Positions 18,750 to 28,454 of a stretch of 64,000 nucleotides of DNA are shown in pieces. Each line of letters opens with the position of its first letter. Position 1 is the first letter of the stretch. The notes beneath the pieces are model-generated. The model was not told the DNA's origin and ran no database searches. It worked only from the letters and a program-made list of their open reading frames with translations. A program made the translations under genes and the position numbers. Source of the DNA: Bacteroidales bacterium (GTDB taxonomy: Bacteria; Bacteroidota; Bacteroidia; Bacteroidales; VadinHA17); contig JAVEXM010000001.1 in assembly GCA_034004025.1 (NCBI GenBank), forward strand, positions 4,203 to 68,202, in the 5' to 3' direction.

Positions 18750-19664
18750 ATGTCGTTCAGGCTTACCATACTGGGTACAAGTTCTGCTCTGCCAACCTCA
18801 GACCGATATCCTACCGCTCATGTACTTAACGTGCATGAGCGGTTGTTTTTAATAGACTGCGGCGAAGGTACCCAGATGCAGATGCGCAGATACCGCATCC
18901 GTTTTGGAAAGATCAACCACATTTTTATAAGCCATCTTCACGGAGATCACTATTTCGGCTTATACCCGCTTCTCTCGTCATTCAATCTCATGGGCAGGAA
19001 GACACCTCTTCACCTCTATGCCCCGGAGCCCGTGGAAGAGCTGACCCGGAGGCACCTGTCCGATTTTGACATCAACCTCGGCTTCGAGCTGGTGATCCAT
19101 AGCCTGAAAAGCCGTGAATGCTCTCTAATTCTTAACGACAAGAGGGTTGAGGTCTTCTCCTTTCCTCTCAGGCACCGCATACCCTCGTACGGATTTCTCT
19201 TCAGGGAGAAGAGGGCGGAGAGGAACATCATTCCGGAGATGATCGGGAAGCACGGCCTGACGATAGCTGAGATAGCTCTCCTCAAGCAGGGGAGTGATAT
19301 TGTGCGCGAAGGGGGCGAGCCGGTCATTTGTAAAGAGGTCACCCTTCCTCCGCCTGAGCCGGTCTCCTATGCATTCTGCAGTGACACTGCCTGGTTCCCT
19401 GAGCTGTCGGAGTATGTCAGGGGTGTTGATCTTCTCTATCATGAGGCGACATTCGGTGACGATAATGAAGATCTGGCCCACAAAACGGGTCACTCCACGG
19501 CCCGGCATGCAGCTACCGTTGCGCGCGATGCGGGGGTGAAGAGGCTGGTAATAGGCCATTTCTCGGCTCGCTACAGAACGGTTGAAGGGCTGGAGGAGGA
19601 AGCCCGCCAGGTGTTTGCCGCAACTGAGGCAGCACGTGAAGGTGCCTCTTATATTATAGGCTGA
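18750..19664 (+). CDS. rnz: ribonuclease Z
   Basis: It has the metallo-beta-lactamase motif SHLHGDH. MSFRLTILGTSSALP is a typical N-terminus, so I prefer the ATG at 18750 over 18735. Confidence 0.85.
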   Translation: MSFRLTILGTSSALPTSDRYPTAHVLNVHERLFLIDCGEGTQMQMRRYRIRFGKINHIFISHLHGDHYFGLYPLLSSFNLMGRKTPLHLYAPEPVEELTRRHLSDFDINLGFELVIHSLKSRECSLILNDKRVEVFSFPLRHRIPSYGFLFREKRAERNIIPEMIGKHGLTIAEIALLKQGSDIVREGGEPVICKEVTLPPPEPVSYAFCSDTAWFPELSEYVRGVDLLYHEATFGDDNEDLAHKTGHSTARHAATVARDAGVKRLVIGHFSARYRTVEGLEEEARQVFAATEAAREGASYIIG

Positions 19665-19726
19665 TGGATTGTGAAGCTCAGATTGATTATCTTTGAGCCC
19701 GACAAAATAATTCTAATTATCCCCGC

Positions 19727-21256
19727 GTGCAGGAAAAGATACTGATCCTCGATTTCGGATCTCAGTATACGCAGCTCATCGCACGGCGTGTGCGTGAGCT
19801 CCATGTGTACTGTGAGATATATCCCTTCAACCATTTCCCCGCTCCTGACGAGAGTGTCAGGGGAGTGATACTCTCCGGGAGTCCCTTCTCCGTCCGTGAT
19901 GCCGGCGCCCCGGTGCCCGACCTCACCGGCATCAAGGGACATCTGCCCCTGCTGGGGGTCTGTTACGGGGCACAGTACCTCACACAGGCATACGGCGGGG
20001 AGGTGCTGCCGTCAGACACCCGCGAATATGGACGCGCCAGACTGGTGTCGGTCGACATGAATGATCCGCTCTTCACAGGCATTATAGCCGGGACCCAGGT
20101 ATGGATGTCCCACGGTGACACTATAGCACGCATACCCGACAGTTACATGATCACAGGATCAACGGAGGATGTGAAGGTTGCAGCATTCAGAATAGAGGGG
20201 GAGCAGAGCTGGGGTATCCAGTTTCATCCGGAGGTCTATCATACAACCGAAGGTCTTACAATGCTTGGTAATTTTGTCAGAGGTATCTGCGGCTGCAATG
20301 CCGGCTGGACACCTGAGTCGTTTGTTGAGATGACGGTAAGGTCGCTCAGGGAACAGATCGGCAATGACGGGGTGGTGCTGGGCCTCTCCGGCGGTGTCGA
20401 CTCATCTGTCGCCGCCCTGCTGCTTGACAGGGCCATAGGCGACAGGCTGACCTCCATTTTCGTCGACAACGGGCTGCTACGCAAGAATGAGTATGAGTCG
20501 GTGCTGGAGGCCTACAGGAGGATGGGTCTGAACGTCAGGGGTGTGGATGCCTCTGACTCCTTTATGCTGGGCCTCAGGGGGGTGGATGACCCGGAGACCA
20601 AAAGAAAGATCATCGGTCGTATATTCATTGAAGTGTTTGACCGTGAGGCCAGTAAGGTGAAGTATGTGAAGTGGCTGGCACAGGGTACCATCTATCCTGA
20701 TGTGATCGAATCCGTTTCGGTCAACGGCCCTTCGGCAACGATAAAATCGCATCACAATGTGGGAGGCCTGCCTGACAGGATGCATCTGAAGGTGGTGGAG
20801 CCCCTGCGCCTTCTCTTCAAGGATGAGGTGAGAAGGGTGGGGCAGGCGCTGAATATGCCCCGGGAGATACTCGGCAGACATCCTTTTCCCGGACCGGGGC
20901 TGGCCATACGTATCATCGGGGATGTCACACCTGAGAAGCTGACCACCCTCCGGGAAGCTGATGCCATTTTTGTGAACGGACTGAAGGAGAGCGGTTATTA
21001 CGACACTGTATGGCAGGCCGCCGTCATCCTCCTTCCCGTGCAGTCGGTAGGCGTCATGGGTGACGAAAGAACGTATGAAAATGCCGTTGTGCTGCGTGCC
21101 GTTACCTCTACCGACGGTATGACGGCCGACTGGAGCCACCTGCCCCATGAGTTTCTTGCCGATGTCTCAAACCAGATCATTAACAGGGTCAGAGGCGTCA
21201 ACAGGGTAGTATTTGACATAAGCTCGAAGCCCCCTTCAACAATTGAGTGGGAGTAA
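19727..21256 (+). CDS. guaA: glutamine-hydrolysing GMP synthase
   Basis: 509 aa. It has the GATase LGVCYGAQ motif, the ATP-PPase P-loop SGGVDSS, and the C-terminal [12 protein letters not shown] start is likely. Confidence 0.95.
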   Translation: MQEKILILDFGSQYTQLIARRVRELHVYCEIYPFNHFPAPDESVRGVILSGSPFSVRDAGAPVPDLTGIKGHLPLLGVCYGAQYLTQAYGGEVLPSDTREYGRARLVSVDMNDPLFTGIIAGTQVWMSHGDTIARIPDSYMITGSTEDVKVAAFRIEGEQSWGIQFHPEVYHTTEGLTMLGNFVRGICGCNAGWTPESFVEMTVRSLREQIGNDGVVLGLSGGVDSSVAALLLDRAIGDRLTSIFVDNGLLRKNEYESVLEAYRRMGLNVRGVDASDSFMLGLRGVDDPETKRKIIGRIFIEVFDREASKVKYVKWLAQGTIYPDVIESVSVNGPSATIKSHHNVGGLPDRMHLKVVEPLRLLFKDEVRRVGQALNMPREILGRHPFPGPGLAIRIIGDVTPEKLTTLREADAIFVNGLKESGYYDTVWQAAVILLPVQSVGVMGDERTYENAVVLRAVTSTDGMTADWSHLPHEFLADVSNQIINRVRGVNRVVFDISSKPPSTIEWE

Positions 21257-21287
21257 CAGCTGCACTTTTAATTATGAAAAAACTGAA

Positions 21288-22895
21288 ATGGTAAAGAGAT
21301 CTGTATTTTTTCTGACGGTATTGATATTTGCTCATTTTTCGGGGCTCAGGGCCCAGGGACTTACACAGGAGACCTTTAAAATTGGTAAGACGCTGGCGCT
21401 GCTTGAGGCCATATATGTTGACAGTGTTGATATATCTGACATCGCCGAGCAGATGATAATCACTACCCTGAGGAATCTTGACCCTCACTCGGTTTACATT
21501 CCTGCCGAGGATGTGCAGGAGCAGAATGAGCCTTTGCAGGGTAATTTTGAAGGCATTGGCATTCAGTTCAATGTGCTCAATGATACAATAATAATAATAT
21601 CACCCATACCCGGAGGCCCCTCGGAGAGGGTCGGCATTCAGGCCGGCGACAGGATTGTGGCCATTGCCGGCGAGAAGGTGACAGGGGTTGCAATAACAAC
21701 CACAGGTGTGCAGAAGAGGCTGAGGGGTGCCAAAGGGACCAAAGTGGATGTGACAATCTTCAGGAAGGGCGAGAAGGAGTTACTCGACTTCACCATCACG
21801 CGCGACAAGATACCTGTCAACAGTCTTGATGCTGCCTACATGCTGTCGGACAACACGGGATACATAAAGCTCAGCCGGTTCTCCGACCAGACGGCCGCGG
21901 AGTTTGAACTGGCGGCGGAAAAGCTGCTCCTGAACAGGATGGAAAATCTGATCATCGACCTGCGTGGCAACTCCGGTGGCTATATGGTGCCTGCTGTGCA
22001 GATCGCCGATGAGATGCTTCCGCAGGAGGAGCTCATCGTATATCTTGAGGGTCTTCATACGTCAAGGCAGGAGTACCGGTCAGCCCCTTCCGGCAGCCTC
22101 ACCGGTGCACGGATAGCAGTGCTGATTGACGAAGGCTCTGCCTCTGCCAGTGAGATACTCGCAGGAGCGGTACAGGACTGGGACCGGGGTATAGTAATCG
22201 GGCGCAGGAGTTTCGGCAAAGGACTGGTCCAGAACGGTTTCTCATTGCCTGACGGGTCGGAGATAAGGCTCACCATTGCCCGGTATTACACGCCGTCGGG
22301 GCGTTCAATACAGACCCCTTACAACGAAGGTTTCGACAAGTATTTCCAGACATTTTACAGCAGGTACTTCAATGGGGAACTGATTCATGCCGACAGCCTT
22401 GGGCTGCCTGACTCGCTGAAAGCATATACGATCACCAACAAGAGAATCGTTTACGGCGGCGGTGGTATCACGCCGGATGTCTTTATACCCATAGATACAA
22501 CATACTATTCGGATTATTACCGTGACATGATCAGGACCTCCACCATCCTCAGTTTCATGGTGGGCTACACTGACAGCAACCGCAAATCGCTTTTGCGCAG
22601 GTACAGGACCTTCGACCGCTTCAACGACGAGTTCGCCTTTGATGCTGAGACAATAGCAGCGCTGAAGGCGGCCGGGGAAAAGAACGGTGTGAAGTTTGAC
22701 GGTGCGCAGTATGACATCTCCGCACCTGAGATGCTGAGGGTGATGAAGGGGCTTGTCGCCCGCGACCTCTGGGATATGAATGAATATTACATGGTTGTCA
22801 ACCGGGAGGATCATGCTATTGACAAAGCGTTGTCAATATTGAATGACCCGGCACTTTATGACCGGTTTCTGGGTTACCGCAGGGAGGTGCAATGA
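21288..22895 (+). CDS. S41 family C-terminal processing peptidase
   Basis: It has a signal peptide (MVKRSVFFLTVLIFAHF), a PDZ-like GIQAGDRIVAIAGEKV, the catalytic-Ser region GSASASEILAGA, and the Lys region RRSFGKGLVQ. I prefer the ATG at 21288. Confidence 0.85.
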   Translation: MVKRSVFFLTVLIFAHFSGLRAQGLTQETFKIGKTLALLEAIYVDSVDISDIAEQMIITTLRNLDPHSVYIPAEDVQEQNEPLQGNFEGIGIQFNVLNDTIIIISPIPGGPSERVGIQAGDRIVAIAGEKVTGVAITTTGVQKRLRGAKGTKVDVTIFRKGEKELLDFTITRDKIPVNSLDAAYMLSDNTGYIKLSRFSDQTAAEFELAAEKLLLNRMENLIIDLRGNSGGYMVPAVQIADEMLPQEELIVYLEGLHTSRQEYRSAPSGSLTGARIAVLIDEGSASASEILAGAVQDWDRGIVIGRRSFGKGLVQNGFSLPDGSEIRLTIARYYTPSGRSIQTPYNEGFDKYFQTFYSRYFNGELIHADSLGLPDSLKAYTITNKRIVYGGGGITPDVFIPIDTTYYSDYYRDMIRTSTILSFMVGYTDSNRKSLLRRYRTFDRFNDEFAFDAETIAALKAAGEKNGVKFDGAQYDISAPEMLRVMKGLVARDLWDMNEYYMVVNREDHAIDKALSILNDPALYDRFLGYRREVQ

Positions 22896-24043
22896 GGCTT
22901 CTTGCCAAGACCCTGCTGGGGCTTGAAGAGCCACTTGCATCAGAGCTCCGGGCTATGGGGGCCGCAGATGTCACACTCCTCAACAGGGCGGTGGCCTTTG
23001 AAGGCCCCAAATCAATGCTTTACGGAGTCAATTACAACAGCCGCCTGGCGGTCTCGGTGCTCATGCCCGTTGCCTCCTTCACTGTTGCAGGCAAGAGGGA
23101 TCTGTACAATGAGGCGGTGGCCATTGAGTGGGACCGCTGGCTTGACACACGGAAGACCTTTGCCGTAACGGCAGTGGTCAACTCACCTCACTTTGACCAT
23201 TCGGGATATGTGGCGCTTGTGGTTAAGGATGCCGTGGCCGATTTCTTCCGCAGGCTCACGCAGGAGCGTCCTTCAGTCGACCAGAAGTCGCCGGACCTGC
23301 TCATCAATGTCCATATCAGCAACGAAAAGGTGACAGTCTCCCTAGACTCGACCGTTACCCCTCTCTACAGGAGAGGATACCGTCGGGGCCATTCCGAAGC
23401 TCCCTTGAACGAAGTACTGGCTGCCGGGATGATTGCACTGTCCGGATGGAAGGCTGAGAGACCTCTTGCTGACGGCATGTGTGGGTCGGGAACCATACCC
23501 GCGGAGGCAGGTCTGATGGCATGCAACATCGCCCCCGGCAAGTTCAGGAGGAATTTCGGATTTATGCGATGGAAAGATTATGATGCCGCCCTATTCAGGT
23601 CGGTGAAGTTCGAGGCTGAGAAGAGAGAGAGACGCTCTCCTGTAAAAATATACGGGTCAGACATATCTGAGGAGGCCTGCAGGACAGCCACCCTGAACAT
23701 AAGTGAGGCAGGCCTTGCTGATACGGTGGAGATAACACAGCGCGATTTCATGACAAGCCCGGCACCGGCAGAGGAGGGGACGCTGATAATCAATCCTCCT
23801 TACGGACGCCGGATTGCTACTGACAGCATCACTGAGTTCTACGGTGCTGCAGGCTCAGCCCTTAAACACAGTTACTCAGGATATACCGCCTGGATACTGT
23901 CAGGAGAACCTGATGGGTTTAAGTCGTTGGGCCTGAAACCATTCAAAAAATATGACCTTCTGAACGGCGACATAAAGTGCCGGTTTGCCGGCTACGAACT
24001 CTACAGCGGTTCGAGGAAGCGAACGGCTCCTGCCGCAGAGTGA
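22892..24043 (+). CDS. THUMP domain-containing class I SAM-dependent RNA methyltransferase
   Basis: 383 aa with DGMCGSGTI (SAM site) and INPPYGRR (N6/N2-MTase motif IV). An ATGA start/stop overlap joins it to the upstream gene. Confidence 0.75.
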   Translation: MRLLAKTLLGLEEPLASELRAMGAADVTLLNRAVAFEGPKSMLYGVNYNSRLAVSVLMPVASFTVAGKRDLYNEAVAIEWDRWLDTRKTFAVTAVVNSPHFDHSGYVALVVKDAVADFFRRLTQERPSVDQKSPDLLINVHISNEKVTVSLDSTVTPLYRRGYRRGHSEAPLNEVLAAGMIALSGWKAERPLADGMCGSGTIPAEAGLMACNIAPGKFRRNFGFMRWKDYDAALFRSVKFEAEKRERRSPVKIYGSDISEEACRTATLNISEAGLADTVEITQRDFMTSPAPAEEGTLIINPPYGRRIATDSITEFYGAAGSALKHSYSGYTAWILSGEPDGFKSLGLKPFKKYDLLNGDIKCRFAGYELYSGSRKRTAPAAE

Positions 24044-24144
24044 CAATCACGTTTTCAGCACATACTGCAACCTTGTTCAAAAAAAGCTTGTCATCTAATA
24101 AAATAAAATGCTATTTGGGTAAGTTCTCTATTAGCGACAAACCT

Positions 24145-24152
24145 TATATTTG
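24145..24152 (+). promoter_or_regulatory. Bacteroidota -7 promoter motif (TAnnTTTG) upstream of the siaB-like gene
   Basis: TATATTTG at 24145-24152, 13 nt upstream of the ATG at 24165. Confidence 0.5.
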
Positions 24153-24164
24153 CACACGGGCCCG

Positions 24165-24719
24165 ATGAGCTTTGATCTTGAAAATCTTGTGAGTGACCTT
24201 GACATCAGAGGGGCTGTTCTCTACTTCAAGGGAAATGTTGACTCGGAGATTATCAACAGAGCTCTTGACCTTGTGGAGGGCAAGCTTCTGGCTACGCGTG
24301 AGACCCCAAGAATAAGAAAGAAGGTCTACAACGTGCTGGTCGAGAGTTTGCAGAATCTTTATCACCATGCCGACCTGGTGCCTCGTGGATATCATGCCTC
24401 AAGGCCCGACAGGTACGGACTGGTGGTGATGGAAAAGCTGGGGAAAGGGTACAGGGTGACGACATGCAACTTTGTGTCAGCGGTGCATGTGAGAGAGCTT
24501 GAAGAAAAGCTGACCAGGATAAACCGTTCATCGGCTGAGGAGATCAAGGAGATGTACAAGGATATACTCAATCATCAGGAGATAACGGCAAAAGGACTGG
24601 GAGGACTGGGTTTACTTGACATAGCAAGAAAGACAGGTCACAGGATTGACTTCAGGTTCAAGAAATATGACAATCAAAATACAGCCTTTCGCCTCACGGC
24701 ACTGGTAGCAACGGAATAG
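24165..24719 (+). CDS. SiaB-like protein kinase (RsbW/GHKL-like partner-switch kinase)
   Basis: About 184 aa. The C-terminal GLGGLGLLDIARKTG matches the SiaB GAGLGLIDIARKS region. It lies directly upstream of a DUF1987 gene, as in siaB-siaC. Confidence 0.7.
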   Translation: MSFDLENLVSDLDIRGAVLYFKGNVDSEIINRALDLVEGKLLATRETPRIRKKVYNVLVESLQNLYHHADLVPRGYHASRPDRYGLVVMEKLGKGYRVTTCNFVSAVHVRELEEKLTRINRSSAEEIKEMYKDILNHQEITAKGLGGLGLLDIARKTGHRIDFRFKKYDNQNTAFRLTALVATE

Positions 24720-24743
24720 GACAATTAACAAAAAAGGATAACT

Positions 24744-25124
24744 ATGGAACCGATCATTATTGAAGGAACACCCAAAACACCGTCAGTTAAATTTGACGCC
24801 ACCGAGGGCACTTTTGAGATCAAGGGGAGATCGATCCCTGAAAATTCGGTTGAGTTTTACAAGCCTCTCAACGAATGGCTTGACAATTACATGCAGGTGC
24901 CACTTGACAAGACGGTGGTAAACATCAGGCTTGAATATTTCAACACCAGCTCGTCCAAATGCATTCTTGATGTGTTCAAGCGTCTTGAAGCCATTCACAA
25001 GTCGAAACATGATGTGGAGATCAACTGGTTCTATGAAGAGGACGATGAGGACATGCTCGAGGCAGGTGAGGACTACGATTCAATAATCAAGGTCCCGTTC
25101 AAGATGATAGAGATAGTTGAGTAA
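24744..25124 (+). CDS. SiaC-like DUF1987 regulatory phosphoprotein
   Basis: 126 aa. GRSIPENSVEFYKPL and LEYFNTSSSKCILDVF parallel the Pseudomonas SiaC segments GDSYPENSYELF and LLYLNTSSIKAMMDIL, which contain the phospho-Thr region. Confidence 0.75.
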   Translation: MEPIIIEGTPKTPSVKFDATEGTFEIKGRSIPENSVEFYKPLNEWLDNYMQVPLDKTVVNIRLEYFNTSSSKCILDVFKRLEAIHKSKHDVEINWFYEEDDEDMLEAGEDYDSIIKVPFKMIEIVE

Positions 25125-25161
25125 CCCCTGAACAGATAAGTAAAAGATCGGTTGTTTAAAT

Positions 25162-25201
25162 ATGCAGAGGGTGTCAGCCTTGCGGCCGGCACCCTCTGCA
25201 T
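25162..25201. terminator. bidirectional terminator hairpin between the convergent siaC-like and ABC genes
   Basis: A perfect 12-bp stem, atgcagagggtg (25162-25173) with caccctctgcat (25190-25201), and a 16-nt GC-rich loop. It is followed by tttg. Confidence 0.75.
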
Positions 25202-25221
25202 TTGTAATTACCTCCAATTTG

Positions 25222-28200
25222 TCAGTTGCCCTGGTGCCTGTACCTCCATGCCTTCTTCAACTTCACCGAGGAGTCGAGAATCCTGTACAGCACCCTGAAA
25301 TAGAGCAGCAGGTATAAGATGGCCGTCATAACCCAGATGACCCCTGTATTTACCGCCAGGGTGCCGGCATAGATCCCGAGGATCCGCTTGCGGGGGGCAT
25401 AGAAGTGTGCCTTTACGAACATATTTTCCGGGTCCTGGAATATCTGGTCGTAGTTCTGGTAGAGCCTGTCCTTGTAGCGTTTGATCTTGGTCTTTTCATT
25501 GTCGTTCCTGACGAACTCCCCGAGTGACTCATTTGTATACTCTTTCTTCATCCTGATGAACCCCTCACGGTCGGCCCGCTCAAAAGCCATGATGCTCTGG
25601 TCGCGGGCTTCCACGGCCTCTTTTGACACCTCTATATAATACCTGCGCACCTTCTCAATGTACTCACGTGCAGCCTCTGTTGCCGCAAGGCTGATGTTGT
25701 CAGGGTCTATGATCCCCGGATCAAAGGCTATTGCGGGGGTGAAGGCAAGCTCTTCCTCCGTCTCATTACGGATCAGTATCATATCGTGCCTGTCGGAATC
25801 ATCCAGCCTCTCTCTTTCAATGTTGCTCTCAACCCTGGAGAGGATGCTCCTCATCTCGTTATACCAGATATCCTTCTTGAACTTTGCAATACTGATGATC
25901 TTGTCATACTGGTAAAACTGTCTTTCGAACCTGTTGTTGATAAACTGGTCGACAGCCAGTGCCTCGTAACCCCAGCGGGCGGCAATGACCTCACCGTAGA
26001 CAGGTATTGATACCGGCGACGAGATGTTGGGGTTCAGCCTGTCATACTTAACGATAATACCGCTTAGGATTATCTGAGGAATAACGAGGAAAGGGATCAG
26101 TATGTAGATTGTCACCACTGTCTTGAAACTGTCGGATATAAGCAGGCCCATCATGTTCGCTGTTGCCCAGCAGGAGAAGAGCACAATCCAATACTCAAAC
26201 CACATTCCCTTTATGCCGAAGATGGTGTTACCCACCGCAACGAACATGGCGGCCTGAATGGCTGAGATCAGGAACTGTACCCCTATCTTTGAGAGAAGGT
26301 AGCTGTTCCGGCTGAGGTCGAGGAACGACTCCCGCCTCAGTATCTTTCTGTCCTTGATGATCTCCTCAGCACTGACGGTGAGCCCCATGAAGATGGCCAC
26401 GATGACCGACATGAAGATATAGACGGGGAGGTTACTGTTCTGAATGAGCATGTATGCCGGTTCGCGCACACTCTCGTCGAAATACCTGATTATATAGGCG
26501 AGGAAGAGAGCCAGCACCGGGGCCTCAAGCAGTGTAACCACAAGGTACTGTGTGTCTGACAGCTTGGTCAGTATGTCCCGCCTGGCATAGACAAGAAACT
26601 GTTTTAACCTGCCGGGGGTCTGGAGGGTTATCTCCGGGATCCCGTTGCCCGGAACCGGTGCTGCAGGCATTTCCTCCCTGTGTTCGTTGTAATGCGCATT
26701 CCATTCGGAAGGCGATACCTTCCTGGTCTGCGTCGGACGCCCGAATTCATCGAGCACCCTCGACTCCACTATGCTGAAGATCTGTTCGGGGTTGACATTG
26801 CCGCAGGCGGGACACTCGCTGTCATTGTACCTGGGAAGCTGCATCCTGTCCTTGAAGTAACCAATGGAGCTGACAGGGACACCGTAGTATATCATATAAC
26901 CGCCGCTGTCAAGGAAGATGAGCCTGTCAAACATCTTGAAGATATCCGATGAGGGCTGGTGTATTACTACAAAGATCAGTTTGCCTTTTAGCTTGAGGTC
27001 GTTGAGCAGGTCAAGGATGTTCTCCGAATCGAGCGACGAGAGTCCGGATGTAGGCTCATCGAGGAAGAGGATGGCAGGCTCCCTGATAAGTTCGAGCGAG
27101 ATGTTAAGTCTTTTGCGCTGCCCCCCGGAGATCTTCTTGTTGAGGGGTGTTCCCACCTTCATGTCCCTGATCTCATAGAGGCCCAGGCTGTGAAGCACAT
27201 CCTCGACCTTTGACGAGATCTCAGGGTCGGTGAGATTCCCGAAGCAGAGTTTGGCGTTGTAGAAGAGGTTCTCAAAGACTGACAGTTCTTCAATAAGAAG
27301 GTCATCCTGCGATACATAGCCTATCAGTCCCTTAACCTTGTCACCTTCGTCGTGGATATTGACGCCGTTTATCAGTACCTCACCGGCGTGGGGTCTGTTG
27401 ATTCCGTTGAGGACACTCAGCAGCGTTGATTTTCCGGCTCCGGAAGCACCCATTATGCCAATGAGTCTGCCAGACTCTTCCGTGAAGCTCATGGAGTGTA
27501 GACCCAGGTCTCCCTCCTTGAACTTGTACTCAATGTTCCGCACATCATAGACCACACGTGACGCCAGTGCCTTCTCATCGAGGAACTGTCTTATCACCTC
27601 GCTGTAGTAGATCGGTTTGCTGCTCATGAACTTGAGTGAGGCGCCGCGCTCAAAGAGATATACCCTGTCGTCATGCCGCAGCTGGCCGCTGAGCAGCAGT
27701 TCGCCGGTGCCGAATGACCTTACGAAGAGCATGTCTGCCTGGGGCAGATTGAGGAACCGTACCTGGCCCCGCAGCGTCTCGTTCCTGATGTGATGGGTCT
27801 TTTCAAAATTTTCTCCGGGTTCACTGTCGATGACAAGCACCCTGGATGAATCCGGCACCTCTGACCGTGATGAGAGTACAAACTCGCGAATGAGATGATA
27901 GTCATCGGGATCAACATTGAAGCCCTCGGCAGCCGTGATAATGAACTCCAGCTCGGTGCCGCTCACCTCGGCACCGTCGGAGCGGCAGTATTCAAGGAGC
28001 TGCACCAGGACAATGATCTTCTGGTTCAGGGTCAGCTGGGTCCCGATGTCGAAACAGATCTTTATTATCCTTACGGAGATGGCCGCGTTCCTGCGGGCTT
28101 CATTCCCCTTTTTCAGCCGCTGCTGTGCCTCGGTATAATAGTTGTCGAAGATCTTCAGATAGGCATCCACTCCTTCCTGGTTGAGCTGGGGCCTGAGAAA

Positions 28201-28296
28201 CGCCTCCACAACCCTGCGCCTGTCAGTGCCGTTGCCCTGCGCGGGGGCAATGATGGCAAAGAGATGCATCAGGGTCCTTAATATCTTCTCATTCAT
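25222..28296 (-). CDS. fused ABC transporter ATPase + ABC-2-type permease with N- and C-terminal extensions of unknown function
   Basis: 1024 aa. Walker A is GASGAGKST (about aa 283-291), the signature is ISGGQRKRL, and Walker B is ILFLDEPTSGLS. A multi-TM region spans about aa 570-800, with one further TM helix near the C-terminus. Confidence 0.85.
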   Translation of the reverse strand: MNEKILRTLMHLFAIIAPAQGNGTDRRRVVEAFLRPQLNQEGVDAYLKIFDNYYTEAQQRLKKGNEARRNAAISVRIIKICFDIGTQLTLNQKIIVLVQLLEYCRSDGAEVSGTELEFIITAAEGFNVDPDDYHLIREFVLSSRSEVPDSSRVLVIDSEPGENFEKTHHIRNETLRGQVRFLNLPQADMLFVRSFGTGELLLSGQLRHDDRVYLFERGASLKFMSSKPIYYSEVIRQFLDEKALASRVVYDVRNIEYKFKEGDLGLHSMSFTEESGRLIGIMGASGAGKSTLLSVLNGINRPHAGEVLINGVNIHDEGDKVKGLIGYVSQDDLLIEELSVFENLFYNAKLCFGNLTDPEISSKVEDVLHSLGLYEIRDMKVGTPLNKKISGGQRKRLNISLELIREPAILFLDEPTSGLSSLDSENILDLLNDLKLKGKLIFVVIHQPSSDIFKMFDRLIFLDSGGYMIYYGVPVSSIGYFKDRMQLPRYNDSECPACGNVNPEQIFSIVESRVLDEFGRPTQTRKVSPSEWNAHYNEHREEMPAAPVPGNGIPEITLQTPGRLKQFLVYARRDILTKLSDTQYLVVTLLEAPVLALFLAYIIRYFDESVREPAYMLIQNSNLPVYIFMSVIVAIFMGLTVSAEEIIKDRKILRRESFLDLSRNSYLLSKIGVQFLISAIQAAMFVAVGNTIFGIKGMWFEYWIVLFSCWATANMMGLLISDSFKTVVTIYILIPFLVIPQIILSGIIVKYDRLNPNISSPVSIPVYGEVIAARWGYEALAVDQFINNRFERQFYQYDKIISIAKFKKDIWYNEMRSILSRVESNIERERLDDSDRHDMILIRNETEEELAFTPAIAFDPGIIDPDNISLAATEAAREYIEKVRRYYIEVSKEAVEARDQSIMAFERADREGFIRMKKEYTNESLGEFVRNDNEKTKIKRYKDRLYQNYDQIFQDPENMFVKAHFYAPRKRILGIYAGTLAVNTGVIWVMTAILYLLLYFRVLYRILDSSVKLKKAWRYRHQGN

Positions 28297-28454
28297 CCCG
28301 GAGTGATTTTGCTCGCCTGTAATAGAGTTCTGAATTATTAATAACGAAGTACAGCGGCCTATAGTATCCGTAATCTGTCATATTGGCATGATTTTACCGC
28401 CGTGGGCGGTGTGGCAAAAAAATTGAACAGCAGGAGGTAAAAGAGAGAGATATC

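Noticed and set aside
20477-21148. Long antisense ORFs inside well-supported genes: 223 aa in guaA, 200 aa at 16678..17280 in rpsA, 192 aa at 37249..37827 in yggS, 164 aa at 29755..30249 in clpB, and 165 aa at 8800..9297 in the helicase
   Set aside because: Each lies wholly within a gene with strong family motifs on the other strand. Their translations are low-complexity and Arg/Ser/Pro-rich, which is typical of antisense frames in moderately GC-rich coding DNA.
27562-28296. An FHA domain in the N-terminal extension of the large ABC protein, which would have linked it to the neighbouring SiaB-like Ser/Thr kinase
   Set aside because: I could not find the FHA hallmark residues (the G-R ... S-x-x-H ... 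N-G pattern). The idea is unsupported by the sequence.
28396-28426. The palindrome ACCGCC-GTG-GGCGGT and an adjacent TGGCA-N6-TTGA upstream of clpB, considered as a heat-shock operator or a sigma-54 promoter
   Set aside because: The sigma-54-like element lacks the conserved -12 GC and positions 6-7 of the -24 box. The palindrome is not CIRCE-like (no TTAGCACTC-N9-GAGTGCTAA). This is too weak to call either.
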